From Octopus bimaculoides (Eukaryota), in assembly GCF_001194135.2 (NCBI RefSeq), contig NC_068995.1, positions 51,293,243 through 51,357,242 on the forward strand: DNA of 64,000 nucleotides. Direction: 5' to 3'. This document shows positions 63,652-64,000 of the stretch, piece by piece. The position numbers were made by a program, and so were the translations under genes. The notes beneath the pieces are model-generated. The model was not told the DNA's origin. It was given only the letters and a program-made list of their open reading frames with translations, and did no database searches. The first letter of the stretch is position 1, and each line of letters starts with the position of its first letter.

Positions 63652-63750
63652 CTGTAAAATAAGTTTATAAACAACTTTTCAATTCTCCGTAAATAAACAA
63701 AAACAAATTTCTTGATTATTTTCATGAGAATATTTCAATCTCTCATATTG
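63652..63750 (-). other. Putative non-coding 5' exon of the YqaJ-like gene (upstream boundary uncertain)
   Basis: Strong donor CAG|gtaagc at 63652/63651. An in-frame TAA upstream implies ATG 62719 is the start. Surrounding DNA is CpG-rich. Confidence 0.4.
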
Positions 63751-64000
63751 AAGAGTTCGACTGAAATTATTTGCAATTAGAGTTACCTACCATTATTAGA
63801 CCTTTTTACCAACATCATTAAAAATATACTCTTTTACTCTTCTACTTGTTTCAGTCATTTGACTGCGGCCATGCCGGAGCACTGCCTTTAGTCACGCAAA
63901 TCGACCCCAGGACTTATTCTTTGTAAGCCTAGTACTTATTCTAACGGTCTATGTTGCCGAACCGCTAAGTTACGGGGACGTAAGCACACCAGCATCGGTT

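Overview
AT-rich, microsatellite- and SINE-dense eukaryotic DNA with nine N-gaps. The repeat landscape suggests an octopus or other coleoid cephalopod (inference). Three spliced protein-coding genes were rebuilt by hand from GT-AG boundaries and phase continuity. (1) The 3' part of a basigin/neuroplastin-like Ig-superfamily gene (+ strand, 4 exons, 1089-6795). (2) A complete 12-coding-exon, 422-aa secreted monofunctional peptidylglycine alpha-hydroxylating monooxygenase (PHM; - strand, 33920-18876). It keeps all six copper ligands, has Leu at the rat Met109 position, and ends in an acidic tail with no PAL domain. (3) A two-coding-exon, ~293-aa YqaJ/lambda-exonuclease-like PD-(D/E)xK nuclease (- strand, 62719-59980) that looks like a domesticated host gene; this is the top candidate. 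The rest is several modular tRNA-derived SINE families, R4/Dong-like and Tx1-like LINE remnants, Tc1/mariner and hAT elements (including a mariner fold-back built from two right ends), two minisatellites, and a short repeat of overlapping STAT/NF-kB consensus motifs. Most supplied ORFs are microsatellite or N-gap artefacts. There is no CRISPR array, rRNA or bona fide tRNA gene. SINE/LINE coordinates are approximate and SINE family letters are my own labels.
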